Source: Amoebidium appalachense
Lineage: Eukaryota; Protista; Ichthyosporea
Assembly: GCA_963693365.1 (NCBI GenBank)
Contig: CAVNZM010000002.1
Location: 4,604,259-4,668,258 of the forward strand
Direction: 5' to 3'
Length of the DNA stretch: 64,000 bases
The translations under genes were made by a program, and so were the position numbers. The notes below the pieces were generated by a model. It had not been told where the DNA came from and made no database searches. It was given only the letters and a program-made list of their open reading frames with translations. Positions 63,913 through 64,000 of the stretch are shown here, piece after piece; the stretch's first letter is position 1; each line of letters begins with the position of its first letter.

Positions 63913-63913
<1 letters not shown>
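59704..63913 (-). CDS. ASH2L: Set1/COMPASS histone methyltransferase complex subunit ASH2 (SPRY domain plus DPY30-binding SDI motif); 5' part lies beyond the window
   Basis: Exons 63913-63823, 62908-62822, 62159-61939, 61105-60945 and 60073-59704 join in frame: [90 protein letters not shown]...YYPAVSLY...[17 protein letters not shown]. These are collinear with animal ASH2L. Confidence 0.93.
60802..60888. repeat. Two tandem copies of a 44-bp unit in an ASH2L intron
   Basis: AAAGAGAAATACGAAAAAGAA(A/T)CACACGAACGCTGGAACACCC at 60802 and 60846. Confidence 0.9.
63552..63748 (-). repeat. Dispersed poly-C-flanked element, diverged two-unit copy (ASH2L intron)
   Basis: Reverse complement CATGGGCTCTTCCTATGATGTATATT...GCTTTGCAAG...CATTCTACCCCCC, then TGATGTTTACTCTCTGTGTGTGCTTGCG...CCGTCGTGAATGTG...CTCTGCAACATCCTCTCCCCC. 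Confidence 0.6.

Positions 63914-64000
<87 letters not shown>

Overview
Intron-rich eukaryotic genomic DNA. Gene content (a PLEKHG5/6/7-like DH-PH RhoGEF, ASH2L, animal-like POLD3, TNFR-like cysteine repeats) suggests a unicellular holozoan-like organism; this is inference only. Almost all long ORFs in the supplied track are microsatellite artefacts. By hand-splicing GT(GC)-AG exons I reconstruct five genes: (1) a bacterial-type acyl-CoA dehydrogenase-like gene (+, 1644-8290, 8 exons, ~338 aa); (2) POLD3/Cdc27 (-, 12108-22199, 13 coding exons, ~538 aa); (3) a DH-PH RhoGEF (+, 26314-~41843, 17-18 exons); (4) a ~1236-aa secreted mucin/cysteine-rich modular protein (-, 44028-55871, 17 exons, 15 of 16 introns phase 1); (5) the 3' part of ASH2L (-, 59704->63913). 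Introns are filled with poly-C/poly-G runs and (CA)n/(GT)n/(CT)n tracts, often touching the splice sites. The most notable non-coding structures are a dispersed ~100-nt element between poly-C runs whose intronic copies all lie on the host gene's sense strand, a 48-unit GTATATGCACGTA(CA)n minisatellite with a higher-order duplication, and a ~1.1-kb segment bounded by direct repeats in the POLD3/RhoGEF divergent intergenic region. I saw no CRISPR array, rRNA, tRNA or intact transposase. Homopolymer-rich intron sequence may contain base-calling or assembly noise.
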